A program made the position numbers and the translations under genes. The notes under the pieces are model-generated. The model saw only the letters and a program-made list of their open reading frames with translations, was not told the origin of the DNA and did no database searches. Positions 37,914-50,983 of a stretch of 64,000 nucleotides of DNA are shown piece after piece (position 1 is the stretch's first letter; each line of letters opens with the position of its first letter). The DNA comes from Schmidtea nova. Lineage: Eukaryota. The stretch lies in assembly GCA_044892505.1 (NCBI GenBank), contig CM097882.1, positions 35,774,001-35,838,000 of the forward strand. The letters are read 5' to 3'.

Positions 37914-38181
37914 GTAAGTGGTTACATTTTAATATTAATTTCAATCCATTATATTGTAAAAATATGAAAGGTTTTAGAAAAATATTAAATTACTTATATT
38001 ACTTTATTTAATCATTATTCTTTCGTCCAAAAAAAGGAAATGACAAAGTTTTGTATTAAATTTAAAAGACTTTTATCTGTAATTGAATCAAAGGAAAATA
38101 AACGAAATTGTAAATAAAAGATCAAAGGTGGAGAATATTAAAGATTTGATGATTATATAGTTATTACTATCTAATAATTTT

Positions 38182-38252
<71 letters not shown>

Positions 38253-39176
38253 ATTCCCTATGTATGTGATTGATTCAGTAACTCTGTATTTACTGTTTTT
38301 CTACTGATTTATTATACATTTTATGAAAATAATTTAATATTATAATAAATAACATGGAATATAAATAAGTTTAAATTTAAAAGTCCAATAAATTTATGTA
38401 ACGCTGGAAAATGAAAAGTAAAAGTACTTTTTGTTTTGACTCTGTGCCTGATATTTATATTGTCACTGGGAGTTGCTTATGTGAATTAGAACAATAAATA
38501 ATTATTGATTTAAAATACATCAGAAAAATGTATTTTAATTGATATTTAAACAAACGTCTGTCATTTTTTAAGTGTTACAGTTATTAATGATAATGAAGAA
38601 GAAGAAGGAGAAAAAGAAAATAAATAAAAAATAAAATAAACTCTATTATTAAATTTATCCATATTGATATTTTGCGCATTTCGTATTAGTATTTTACCAT
38701 TCGATATTCTTTAATTAAAGCGCCTTTCATTTATTTTGTCATTTTTGCTTTTAGGTTGTAATTATTATTATTCTTTTTATTCCTTTTTTTCTTTAATTAA
38801 CACAATATCACCACCCTTAGAACTTCTTCGACTTGATTTCTTTGAACTTAATTAATAAGAATCAATTGTATTTTCTTTGTTGATTCATGGCCCTTAGTAT
38901 ATAATTTTTACCAAAAACTTACCTAACCATACAAGATTAAGAGCAAACAATAAAATGAAAAAGTATAAGAGTTTAGTCATTTTGTTAAAATTAAATCGAA
39001 AGGAGAAAAATAAAATATCGGGAAATATATTTGATGGATTATATATAATAAATAGCGATTTTGAAGGAAAATAGTCTATTACGTGTATTCTTCTATTTTT
39101 AAGAACTTTGTCTTAGTGTAATATTGTTGTTTTTATTGTAAACTAATATCCATAAACTTATTTTTAAATTTACAAT

Positions 39177-39890
39177 AGTAGAGGCTGAGTCCGGTCTGCG
39201 CCAATACCCCTGTGTGTATATCGCATAACCCCTCGATTTTAACATATCATACATGATTACGTACCCATTGCGTAGCTCTTGGGTTTTGTATAGTATACTC
39301 GTTGTTACGTAATATCTATCGGCTTTTTACATAATACACGAGTTATTACATCAAAATTACGTAATCGAGGTTAAGGTCGTTTCGACGCCAAAATCGTTAT
39401 GTAACCGGGTTCAAAGGTCAAGGTCATTTTTTGTTTTAATTTTAAATTTTTGGCGCAATTTACAAAAGTTTTAAAATTTTTAATAATTTTTCCTATTATT
39501 ATTTTTTACTAATAATATTTTATAAGTATTATTTTATTTAATATTATTTTTTATAATCATTTTTATTACAATTATTATTATTATTGATATTAATATTATT
39601 AATTTATATCAAGAAAGAAGAGACAAGATAAAGAACATGTGCTTTAATATTGCCAGTCCTAAAGAGCGGTGATTAAATGCCTGTGCCTAAAAGAAACGCT
39701 GGGCAAGTGATCGTGTCCACAATGGTTGTCGGTGCCTCCCCCAAAGTAGGGTCAAAAGGACCTGGGCATCAATAGTTCACTATCTATAGCGATTATGTCT
39801 CGGATAATCAAGCGTAGCCAGCTACTAAGACATGATTCACAACATAGTGTTTCATACGCCATGAATGTGCCGACAAGATATCATCATAAA
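39177..39890 (+). mobile_element. possible second Polinton-like end followed by a decayed parvoviral/Polinton-type phospholipase A2 motif
   Basis: Begins AGTAGAGG, with AAGGTCAAGGTCA motifs at about 39370-39427. Frameshifted GPG (39758), RHD (39828) and RHECADKI (39857) recall the GPG...HD.AY...RH.AD pattern. No partner end was found. Confidence 0.35.
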
Positions 39891-41719
39891 CACTATGAAC
39901 AATTTAATTAATGTTAAGTCAAAAATAATTAAACATCTCAGAGGCCTCCAATTTGGTTGGATTACGGTCGCCCCCCACAACGACTGGTAAGCTTCAATAA
40001 ATAAAGGGTGAAAACGGAACCCGCCATAATATATTTTAAAATAAAAAACAAATAAATTTTTTATCTTCTTTTTTGTCATCAAGCATCTGGTTTTATTAAA
40101 TTAATTGCTTGCACTGAAATGCGTTTATTTAAAGTTAATAACAAATTTACTAAAATACTATTACTAAATATTATTTAAATTATTAGTTTTAACTGAAATA
40201 GGAAAATTTAAATACCAAAAGGTTCCTAAAATAATCACTTAAAGTTTAATTATTATTGTTTATATTATTTATTTTACTTAAAATGCGAAAATTTAAATTT
40301 TATTATTAAATTTATAGTAATAATAATTTTCTTAAAAATGTAAAAATTTGAAAAATTATACTTAAATTATTAAAATTAATAAAATATTACATAAATAATT
40401 ATAATTTATGTTATTCTTAATTTAATTTCTTTAAAATATTATAAAAATACTTACATAACCGATTTTGACTTCTGTTTTCTCCATATAATAAACATTTCAC
40501 CATACCTAAATAATATAAATTAAAAGTATATTTATAAATTAAAAATAAACTTACATTTATCCAATTTCATTTAAAATAATCATCTAAATAAAAAGTAAAT
40601 TAGTTATTAAAAATTAAAAGATTTCCTACTTTCAATTTCGAGTAATTCTAAAATAAAATAATTAATTTGAAATAATAAAACAAAAAAACTTACTTGATTA
40701 ATTTAAAATTTTATTTTTTAATAACATTTTACCTAAAATTTGGATAAAACTAAATTAAACGTACAAATTAAGGTAAACTATAATATAACTTTGAAAATTT
40801 TATTTAATCTATAATTTGTAATCTAACTTTGAAAATTTTTATTTAATTTATAATTTGCAATCTAACTTATATTAAGATTTAATTTAGAGTTTTTAATAAA
40901 TTTTATTTTACCTTTCGATTTAATTTTCAATTTAGTTGAATTGTCTAATTTTGAAAAGTAGGAGTTTTTCGTTGAAATTTTAATAAAAGTGGTTCTTGAA
41001 TGACTCATTTATATCAGTTAAACATGTCGGAGTATGTAAATCTTGCGTTCAAATTCCAATACTTATGTGTTTTTTATCAAACATTGGGATTTGGGAACCC
41101 CGTGTATCAAAGATGATGGTGACATCTTATTACATAGACTTCGATGGGTCAAAGATGATATCGACATATAAATGGTTGTTGAATTTTAATGGATGAGATC
41201 GTAATTGTACTGTAGTTAACATTTTATATAAAAAGTTTCATTCACATGTGTTTTATCAAAATTTTGAATTTGGGAGACGAGTGAGTCAAAGATTATAAGC
41301 GAATGGCGCCATCTTTTTACATGAGATTCGATGGGTCAAAACTGATAGGCAAATGGCGCTATCTTATTACATGGGATGCGATTGGTCAAAACTAATAGAA
41401 TAATCATTGGGTAGATCACGGTTATAGTATAAAGTTTTGATGGGTGAATTTGTTACTGGCAGGTAATTTATTAAGTAATTTATGTGTAAATAAGAGGGAT
41501 TTCTTAGTGAAAACATACCTGTTCTGGGTTTTTGTGCTTATTTTTTAGTAAACATTTTGTCGTTTTTTAGTGGTGTTTGGCAACATTTGATAGTAAATCG
41601 ATGAGGTTAATGCAAAATAATTGCACACACTCACAAATACTTTGATTCAATCATGAACCCAAGTTGTAACATTTCTCAGATTTTTCTAAAATATTTCCAA
41701 TAATAATAAGGCAAGGTTA

Positions 41720-42200
41720 CAGCTAAGAAGGAGGCATGGTGGGTGTATACGAGCAATGATTGTGACCTGTATGAGACATGTGTGAATTATTAACGATATG
41801 CCTTTGTTGAGTTGAAAACCTATTTGAGCCACTTATACTTACACGTATTGCATGCAAATTGTTTTACAAATATCCTGAAATTTTAAAATTAAACACTGAA
41901 ATATTTTTAATAAAATTATTAATAAAAAGAAACATAAATTGACCGATTTATTAATTATTCACATTACATGTGAAATAATATTTTCTCAACTCCTTTCTCA
42001 AAACGATAAGTCGTCAACAGATCAATGCAGTTTTTAAATTGGTAAGTACGTCGATACAGTACTGCCGGAAGTTCTTCGTCAATTGTCTTTAAATGATTCA
42101 TTAAAATAAATTTTCAGATCGATCCCAGTTGACATCCATATTCGAAATGGTATAATTTCTGGAGTCCAATATATCAAATATTTTAATTGATAAAGCTCTG
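41720..42200 (-). mobile_element. Penelope-like reverse transcriptase relic
   Basis: Minus strand reads FEYGCQLGSI*KFILMNHLKTIDEELPAVLYRRTY then SVDDLSF, matching the G..MGS..S...AN..M...E....Y.RYVDD pattern. A downstream FST...HTG...YTP-like segment follows. Confidence 0.55.
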
Positions 42201-43689
42201 GGATATTTAAATTTTCTAAAAATCAAATTTAAATTAAAATAATGAAAATTTGTCATTTGTAGTTAAATTTGAAATTTTAAAATTAAATGAATGACAAATG
42301 GAATTCTTTTATACATATTTAATAAGTCGATATAATTTGATAAGATATTGAATAAATGTGCCCAAAACAATACAGATGTGTTTTTAATCACCAAAATTCC
42401 GCTACTAGAGTTATGGTACTCATTAACTTTGTTATTCAGGCAAACGAATTACATTTGTTAAAGTAAATCAGAGTAAACATTGTCTTATTTGATATGTGTT
42501 AAAATGATAGTTTACTGGGTAACATGGACTTTTCTATCAATGTAGCATTATCATGGTCATTATCAAATATAGTGAAATTCATGTGATCATACACTGGTTT
42601 TAAAATAGATTTTAAGCTCAAAAACCATCAGAAAATATGTTATGTTACCAAATGTTCGATTATCAAGGTTTATGATATCATTTTATAGTACAAAATTGTC
42701 AATTTTCCTTTAGAAACATTATATTTGTTATTAAAAATATGTTCAAGTGGAAAGTCTCTGGGCTCAAAAACCATCACAAAAAGGGTTGTTACCGAAGATG
42801 CTCCTATCAAGTTTCTGTCACTATGATAAATAAATAACGAAAAGCATCACACGAGACTGGGTAGGTAAATACACATGATAAATTAACATAATATAGAAAT
42901 CATTACACACAAAATATTTTATACACTATAGTAGAAACACACACACACAAAATATACAGATATTTATGATACACACACAAATTATCATCACATTATAGTA
43001 CAAAACACACATAAAATATCATTACATACAAGAAATACACACAATGGATATCATCACATACATACAAAATATAATTACAAAATACATCAAAAATATACAA
43101 AATATCAAAAACACATAGAGAATCAACATAGATACACAAAAAATATCAAGAATAAATAGAAATTCATTACTCACACAAAATATCATCACATATGAAATAT
43201 CATCACAAAATGTCATCATACTTTAATGCACTAGCATTGAAAATACACCAAAAATCATCAAAAGTACACATAAAATATCAGAAATACTTAGAAAATCATA
43301 CAAGTGTACCTAAATAAAAGAGTGTCGTAAATATAAATCACATCAAACCAACCGACGGAGGGTTAACTGACCAAAGGATTCATCACAACCGCAGAACAGA
43401 GAATATCTATAAGGCGCATTTGACCGTTAAGTGTTTAAGTGAAATATTGACAAGTTGAAAGTGTAAAAGTCAAAAGTGGTGAATGACCACGTCACATCCT
43501 GTCAACACACTACAAGAGAGTATTATAACTTTTCAAATATATTTTTTAATTAATATTTATGCAATATATCATTCATGGATGCCATTTTCCAACAAAAGAA
43601 ATCAACTCTGCTTCTGCGTCTGCGTCTTCACATAGTATTTTGTATTATAAACAAATTTTTGAATTTTTTATTCTTTTTTGTTTTTTATT

Positions 43690-44450
43690 TAAGCACTTGA
43701 TCGGTACAACCTCTCACTCCTCGTGTCTTTTTATTTATCAAAATAAATAATACTCAACACAGAATGATTTTATTTGACTGTAACAACAAATTACACTTTG
43801 TTTTTAATTCCAATTTATTGAATTGATACAATTTACAATAATTTGCTCTTTCTTTCATTTATTAATTTGATTCAACATTAAGTCAGATGGCCCAAGGGTT
43901 AATCCCTTTTTCTGGTACGTTTAATTGAGTAAAGTTTTATTTTAATCGCTTCTTTTCTCTCTCTATTAACTTTCCAAAAGTTTTTCAATTTACAATTTTG
44001 ACGTAAATCTTTTCGACCAACTGGCACTTTGTCATTATTCGGCTCTCTTTTTATACTCTTTTGAGTTTGTATTTATTTAATTTTGTGTAAATATTAACTC
44101 AAATATTTTTGGGTTAATAATAACAGATTAATTTGTTTAATTATCCGTGTGGGATTTTCTCAAATCGCCCCTATAATTACCCGCCTTTGATCGCTCGGGT
44201 CTTCCTGCGCTTCGGGCTTTCTTCTTAGCTCGAGTTTCATATTGTTTCCGGCTTTCCATTGGCTTGGGCTTCCCATTGAGCGATTAATTAATTTTTAATT
44301 AATTTGTTATTTTCAAATACATTTTCTAGGAAACTTTTGCTAAGTTTTTATTACTGATTTTAAGTTGGTCTTATCAATTAGCGTTCAAACATTCCCATTT
44401 ACTCCAAACACTTTTTGTTATTTTGATATATAATTTTTGATTTTAACCAT
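43690..44450 (-). mobile_element. diverged solo LTR (same family; boundaries approximate)
   Basis: Contains CACTCCTCGTGTCTTT, TTCGACCAACTGGC, CTTTTTATAC (TATA on the minus strand) and tandem CGGG(C/T)TTCC...CCCATTGAGCGATTAATT. Confidence 0.65.
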
Positions 44451-45751
44451 ATTTATTGTGCTTTGAGTTGTCTTTTATGGTTTTAATACCAAGCCCAAAA
44501 ACTCTATGGATGGAAAGCACAGCAGCAGTTACAGAGCACTGCTTTAAAGGACAGAAATCAGTAAATAATTTTATTATATTAACTTTGGGGAATGTCGATA
44601 TATTTTGCATGGTCTGAAAAGGTTTTGCTTGTTGGTGATATTTATTTTGATTAAGTAGCATTATGGACAAAACAATGAAGTAGCTTTATTAAAAGCCTTG
44701 TTCTCTCTGGAAGATGTCTACTTCTTGACTTATTTATTTGGCTGCAAAAAATTTTTTGAAATATATTTCTAAATCGCGTATAAAGTATTTAAAAGGTAAC
44801 AAACATAGGAAAGACCTACTCAAAGTTAAATCTCAATTCATTTCGACAAAAATATTCTAATTAAACAAATTTCTTTCAAATTGTTATCGTGATCAGCATT
44901 GTAGAATGTTTGATTTTTGAGAAACGGATATGCCAAGCAGAGGCTGACAAAAAGGAAGATATTTTGGTGAGCCTAAGTTAAACATAATTTCCGTATTTAT
45001 TTGACATTCTTTTATGTGTTTTTTAGCAGGAAATGTTATTTATTTGTTATTCGTCCGAACTTTTGGTCAATTCTATAAAATGTTTATCCCTAAGCCAGTC
45101 TCACTGCTTATTTGGCGCACATCATATTATCCAATATAATTTTACATAATTATAGACAGATTGGCTGTAACTCAAAAATCGTTTTTTTGAATTCAATTTA
45201 ATAACAATAAATAATTAAATTTTGTAAAAGTCATTTTCAATTTTCTCTTCATCAAAAATATAATTAATTTCTAGATAGCATCATTGTCATTTGTGTTAAA
45301 AAACTCATTAGACTTAGGGAGCACTGAAATTGATTGGCTCATAAGGGGGGAAAAGATGAAAAGATGGAAATCACGCAATTCAAAAACGAAATCAAAGCTG
45401 GAATTATATTTTTCGTAATTTATAATTAATTCCAACATAAATCAATCATCGGTTTACTTGGAACACTTAATTTTTTATTCATTATATTTATAAATCATTA
45501 TATTTATTATATTCATTATATTTTATTATTATATTTTAATGAACTCTGTTAACGACAAAACAATTTATATTTATAATATCAACTAAGCCAGATTACCAGC
45601 GTTTTCGAAAAAAATATGGAAAAGATTATTAAATTAAATTTAAAATGAGATTTAGCCTTGAGAAATTTATAAAAAGAGAGATTTTATTAAAAAAGTGATT
45701 TTAATTTTATGTATAGAAATGGATTTTTGAAATTTTTTAAATGCTCTAATT

Positions 45752-46057
45752 CAGCGTTTACCAACCCTTTTACGATTATCGCCCATTTCCAATTGCTAAA
45801 ATTTCAAATCGCCCAGGTTCGGAAACATTGGGGTAGAGTAGATTTAACTACATGTAAGGTGATGTGTGTGCATCATATTTTGTTATACTAAAAAGATTGA
45901 AAAATTGAGGGTAGAGGTATATATAGATGTAGGTCATTTATAGGGCTTCTTTGTGTGTGTGTCTGTGCTATAATAAAAGTTTAAGGAAAACAGTGGCAAA
46001 AGGTTTACATGTGCAAAAACAACATGGTAAAAACATCGCCCAGGTTGGGAAACACTG
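45752..46057. mobile_element. hAT-type MITE (306 bp)
   Basis: Ends CAGCGTTTACCAACC and GGTTGGGAAACACTG, with an exact 8-bp TSD CTCTAATT at 45744-45751 and 46058-46065. An internal duplicate of the 3' end lies at about 45805-45830. Confidence 0.85.
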
Positions 46058-47948
46058 CTCTAATTAAATAAAGGAGCATTTTATTAAAGAAAGATTTTGA
46101 TTCTGTATATCATTTTTTTAAATATTTTTAGAAATGCTCTAATTATTAAAAATTAATAAATAAAATTTTAATTTGTCAAATTAATTTTGAAAAATTTTAA
46201 TTTAATCTATCTCGTGAATAAATCTTACTTTGTTTCAATAATTTATATTAAATCATAATTCAGGAGAAAGAATTTATTCAGCATAAAGTAGGAAGTCAAT
46301 TGGAACTAATTTCATTTTGGAGTGATCAGGATCTTTTTAAGATCGAAATATTTTATTAAATAAACATTGTGGAGTAAGGCTTAATACTGTTACCTTATTA
46401 TTATATTTTAATAAACTCTGCCAACAACAAAACAATAAATATTTATATTTCATGTTTATTATTAAGACTTTAAACTAATATTTTGTTTTATATCTAACAC
46501 GAATTTTTGTTAAAGTCTTCTGGAAGATATTTTCATAAAACGAGTGAATGATTATTATTAAAATACTTAAGCTAGGCATTATTCATAATAAATTAAAAAA
46601 TTATTTTTAAAAAAATTTTTAAAAATTTAAATGCTGGATAATGTTTTTTAATTTCTCAAAATATTTATGATTAGAATTCTTTAAACTACAGTCGTTAAAA
46701 ACAATAAAAAAATGTTTTATTGGAAAAGACAATATTAATCAGGTTTTCAGTTAGATTGAAAAGGATTGCTTCATAATCGAAAAATCTCATTAGTACTAGA
46801 ACTACCGAGGAANNNNNNNNNNNNNNNNNNNNNNNNNNNNNNNNNNNNNNNNNNNNNNNNNNNNNNNNNNNNNNNNNNNNNNNNNNNNNNNNNNNNNNNN
46901 NNNNNNNNNNNNNNNNNNNNNNNNNNNNNNNNNNNNNNNNNNNNNNNNNNNNNNNNNNNNNNNNNNNNNNNNNNNNNNNNNNNNNNNNNNNNNNNNNNNN
47001 NNNNNNNNNNNNNNNNNNNNNNNNNNNNNNNNNNNNNNNNNNNNNNNNNNNNNNNNNNNNNNNNNNNNNNNNNNNNNNNNNNNNNNNNNNNNNTAGTTTT
47101 ATTTAAAAATTTTAATTAAGTATCCATTTATTCATTTTAAATTACTTACTTTAATTATAATGAATCCATATAAATTTTTAACTATTCTAAATAACTGATC
47201 TGTTAGTTCTAGTGTTAAATACTTTTTGCAACAAAGTCTCACAAATATTTCTCATTTATATCCTTTACCATATGTTGTTATCATGAAATAATGAATATTT
47301 ATTATAGTTAAAAAAGAAATGAAGAGAAAGGAAATTAAAACAAAAGTAAAAACATAAATCTTTAAGCATATTTCAATTATTTGATTATATCTTTCATTTT
47401 ATAATTTTGAATAAAGAATTAACCAAATTTAACTTGTGCAGATTTTTACAATGTTGATTTTGCGATATCGAGTTACTTTCAATAATCAGCTTTTGCAACA
47501 TAACTCATGAAATTGTTTCCAACTTCTAATTCGGTTATTAAAAAATCTTTTCTCGACAGATTTGTGAATAATAGAAAAATACAGATTGCTATTTGATTAT
47601 TCGTGGATAATTTCTGAATAGAACGAAACAAAATAAATAAATAAGATAATCAATGTTGATAAATCATCATTTTTTTAGACTATCGATCAGCGATGGCAGA
47701 CTCGTGGTGGACAAGGATTCTCAACATATCACGCTCCAAAATTAAGTTATGCGTTTAGATACTTCGAAATTTGTACACATTCGGCATATATATATATACA
47801 GAGGTGGATTTAGGTCAGTTAAGGCCCGGACGCAGAAAGAAATATTGAACTCCCTAATAAAACTCAGACTAGGAAAATAAAAATACGTGTTAATCAATAA
47901 TATTTAAATATAATATATGTGTAACTGATAGTTGAACATATAAAGGTT

Positions 47949-48710
47949 TGTTGGGTTATTATTCTGTTAAGATCGGTTTATTTACCTGACTCCTCGTGCT
48001 CTTTAATGATCGAAATCAATGAACCAAACACAGAACAATTTATTCACGATCAACACAAATTACAATTTTTGTTATGTACACTTCTAATCAATTTACTCTC
48101 TCGGATTTGATTCTTTAGTTAAAGGATAATTTCTCACTTTGTCTTTCTCAAAATCCTCAGGATCCTTCTTTGTTTTTTTTCAACACTTGTTAATATTTTC
48201 GTTTTAACTGTCAACTCGTCGGCCCCGTCCTCTGCTATGCACTGCCTTTTATACCTCTCGCAATTAACAATTAAATTTTATCAATATCTAAAAGTTATCC
48301 AATCTCAGGTGTAATTGTTTTACTAACAAATTATTTTGATTGTCCTCGGGTGGATTTTCCCTAATTGCCCTGCGCAATCTCCCGACTTTGATCTCTCGGG
48401 TCTCTCCGTGCTCGGGCTTTCCTCATCGCTCGGGTTTCCCATTGCCTCGGGTTTCCCATTGCCTCGGGTTTCCCATTGAGCGATTAATTAATTTTAATTA
48501 GTTTGATTTTATTATATAACTTTCTCTGGGGACCCCTTACTAAATTTCTATTATTATTTCTGGCTTCGTCTTTTGATTTGGCATTCAACCATACCCATTT
48601 CCCCCGATGCATATTAATTTTAAATTTTTGATAAATTTTAATTAATTTTTGCACTTTTATTTATTTTGATATTTCTTGTTACTTTCGTGCTTTTTATACT
48701 AACCCCAACA
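47949..48710 (-). mobile_element. solo LTR (762 bp)
   Basis: Termini TGTTGGGTT...AACCCCAACA. On the minus strand the 17-bp repeats precede TATAAAAG (48246-48253), which precedes AATAAA. Flanks GGTT and GGAT match 3/4, a possible decayed 4-bp TSD. Confidence 0.82.
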
Positions 48711-48833
48711 GGATTTTAAAAGTATAATTATAATAAATTTATTAATAGTATCAGAGAAACTATCAGAAATGAGATCGTAAAAATCATAGAATTATATTTA
48801 TATATAATAAATATTTCATAATTATGAAAATGT

Positions 48834-50043
48834 TTAAATAATTTTTTTTCTTGCTTTTCGTTTTGCAAACTTATTAATTATCTCATCACAATCAATAATT
48901 TCGAGTAAATCGTTCTCTATATATAAAATAGCCATATTATTAAGTCTTTCCTCTGACATTGAATTTTTTAGATCATTTTTAACTCTTTTTAAACAAGAAA
49001 ATGTGCGTTCTCCCGATGCATTTGAAATCGGTATGGTTAACAAAATTTTTAAAATAATTTCCACATTTGGAAAATTTGCTTTCATATCTAGTGCCTTTTT
49101 GTATATATTATCAATTGATTGTTTGTCTTCTTCGTCTAAAAATATTGAAAATTGTTCCAACTCATCTTTAAAATTGATTGAATCAATGTCATCTTTGCAC
49201 ATTTCTATCAAATTATTAACGCATTTTTTCTTTTCTTCTACACACAAGTTAAACACGAAAAAAACTTTAAAATTACTTATAACATTTTCATAGATTTGTC
49301 CATGCCTGTTCAGTTCTGCTATTAAATGATCGTATATAACGTAGAATACATTATGTAAGAAAGAATCCTTCAGATTTTCTGTACATCTTTTCTCGCGATC
49401 ATCTTCAAATGATTTATTTGTAAGTTCTTTCACTTCTGATTCTATTTCGATGAAATTATGTCTAATTTTTTCATTCATAAAAGTTTCTAGACTTTAATAA
49501 TCATGCACCTTTAACAATTGTGCAGTCAATAGATTGTAAAAATTTACTTGTTGCATTGATTCGTTGCAAAATTTTATTCCATAGGACTGTCATAATAGCA
49601 GTTTCATAATTGTTCATTTTTAAGTAATGATTTTGCTTCAGTAAAAACAATTATTTTTGCTTTTGGGGAGTTACATATTTCATCTAAAGCCTTTTTAATA
49701 TTTTTTTAACCACATATTAACGCTAAACCTGCATCAGTCCTGGCAGATCATCTTGTATTTGACACTTTCTTTAATGTATAAGACCTTTTATCTAATTTAT
49801 TGCATAACATGTTCCATAGAAAAAAACAAACAAATTTTGCACGAATAAAAAGTATCTGGACACATTACTACAACTCTCTGCAGCTACATTACCAACTAAA
49901 TTAAGTAAATTACTAGAGCACGGAATAAACGTTGCTGATGGAGCATGTTGTCTTATTCTTGTTTGTAGACCATTGTACTTGCCCGACATATTTGCGGCAT
50001 TGTCGTACGACTGTCCACGACAATATTTAATATTTACTGGCAA
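48834..50043 (-). pseudogene. second hAT transposase relic (3' half)
   Basis: Reads CRGQSYDNAANMSGKYNGLQ...FIPCSSNLLNLVG, TLKKVSNTR*SARTDA and LTIPISNASGERTFSCLKRVKNDLKNSMSEERLNNMAILYIE. Confidence 0.88.
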
Positions 50044-50069
50044 ATTTTGCGAGGTAGATAAAACTGTCT

Positions 50070-50633
50070 CTTCGGTTTTCGCAAGTTCTCTCTTTGTTAA
50101 TTTTCAATCAATTTTAATTCTTCCTGGTTTTAGCTCTCAGTTTTTTGGCCCCGTCCTCTACTTTGCGCTGCCTTTTATACCTCTCGCAAATGACAACAAA
50201 ACTTTATCAACAACCTAAAGTTACCCAATCTCGGGCCTAATTAGTCTAACAACAAATTATTGTGATTGCGCTCGGGTAGATTTTCCCTAATTGCCCTGCG
50301 CAATCTCCCGACTTCGATCTCTCGGGTCTCTAATGCGCTCGGGTTTCCCATTGCCTCGGGCTTCCCATTGTTTCGGGTTTCCCATTGAGCGATTAATTAA
50401 TTTTAATTAGTTTGTTTTTACTATATAACTTTTTCTGGGGAACCCTTACTAAATTTTTATTATCAATTTTGGGTTCGTCTTTTGATTTGGCATTCAATCA
50501 TATCCATTTCCTTCGATGAATATTAATTTTAAATTTTTGATAAATTTTAATTAATTTTTGCACTTTTATTTATTTTGATATTTCTTTACTATTCTTTCTT
50601 GTTACTTTTGTGATTTTTATACTAACCCCAACA
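50070..50633 (-). mobile_element. truncated LTR closely related to 47949-48710
   Basis: Shares GGCCCCGTCCTC, CCTTTTATACCTCTCGCAA and the CTCGGGTTTCCCATTG repeats, and ends TACTAACCCCAACA. The left (U5) end is missing. Confidence 0.8.
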
Positions 50634-50890
50634 TTTATCTTATTTCAATAATTATTATTATTATCTATTATCTTTATAATTACAGAGATTGATTGACACA
50701 AATATTTTCCAAAGTTGGTTAAAATGAAAATAAAGGAAATGCATTTTAAAATAATAAATTTGGTTTATAATAATTGTTTTTATAATAATTTATTTTTATA
50801 TTAATTTATTTTATATTTTATAATCATTATAAAATATAAAATAAATAATTAAGGTTAGTATTTAGGATTAAGTTAATATAACGATTGTAA

Positions 50891-50983
50891 TACACACTTG
50901 ATAAAGGCTGTGCCGAAATATTGTGTACTTGTTTAAAGAAATTTTGATCTATAGTCTTACCATTATGGGAATTATTGATATTA
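50891..50983. repeat. single arm of palindromic MITE
   Basis: TACACACTTGATAAAGGCTGTGCCGAAATATTGTGT joined to TTTAAAGAAATTTTGATCTATAGTC...CATTATGGGAATTATTGATA. Confidence 0.8.

Noticed and set aside
38640-38900. Possible BEL/Pao integrase tail (GDIVLIK on the minus strand)
   Set aside because: It is a single short motif in low-complexity sequence, too weak to call.
2938-47119. ORFs in the supplied track containing long X runs (3.0-3.3, 13.5-14.0, 18.9-19.2, 22.1-22.3, 29.8-30.0, 34.2-34.7, 46.8-47.1 kb)
   Set aside because: They are open only because they cross N gaps, so they are not evidence of genes.
47949-50633. LTR-hAT fragment-LTR as an LTR retrotransposon that captured a hAT transposase
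   Set aside because: There is no shared TSD across the pair (GGTT versus TTTA) and no polypurine tract next to 48710. The left LTR has its own near-TSD (GGTT/GGAT) and the right LTR is truncated. Independent insertions plus a deletion is the simpler explanation.
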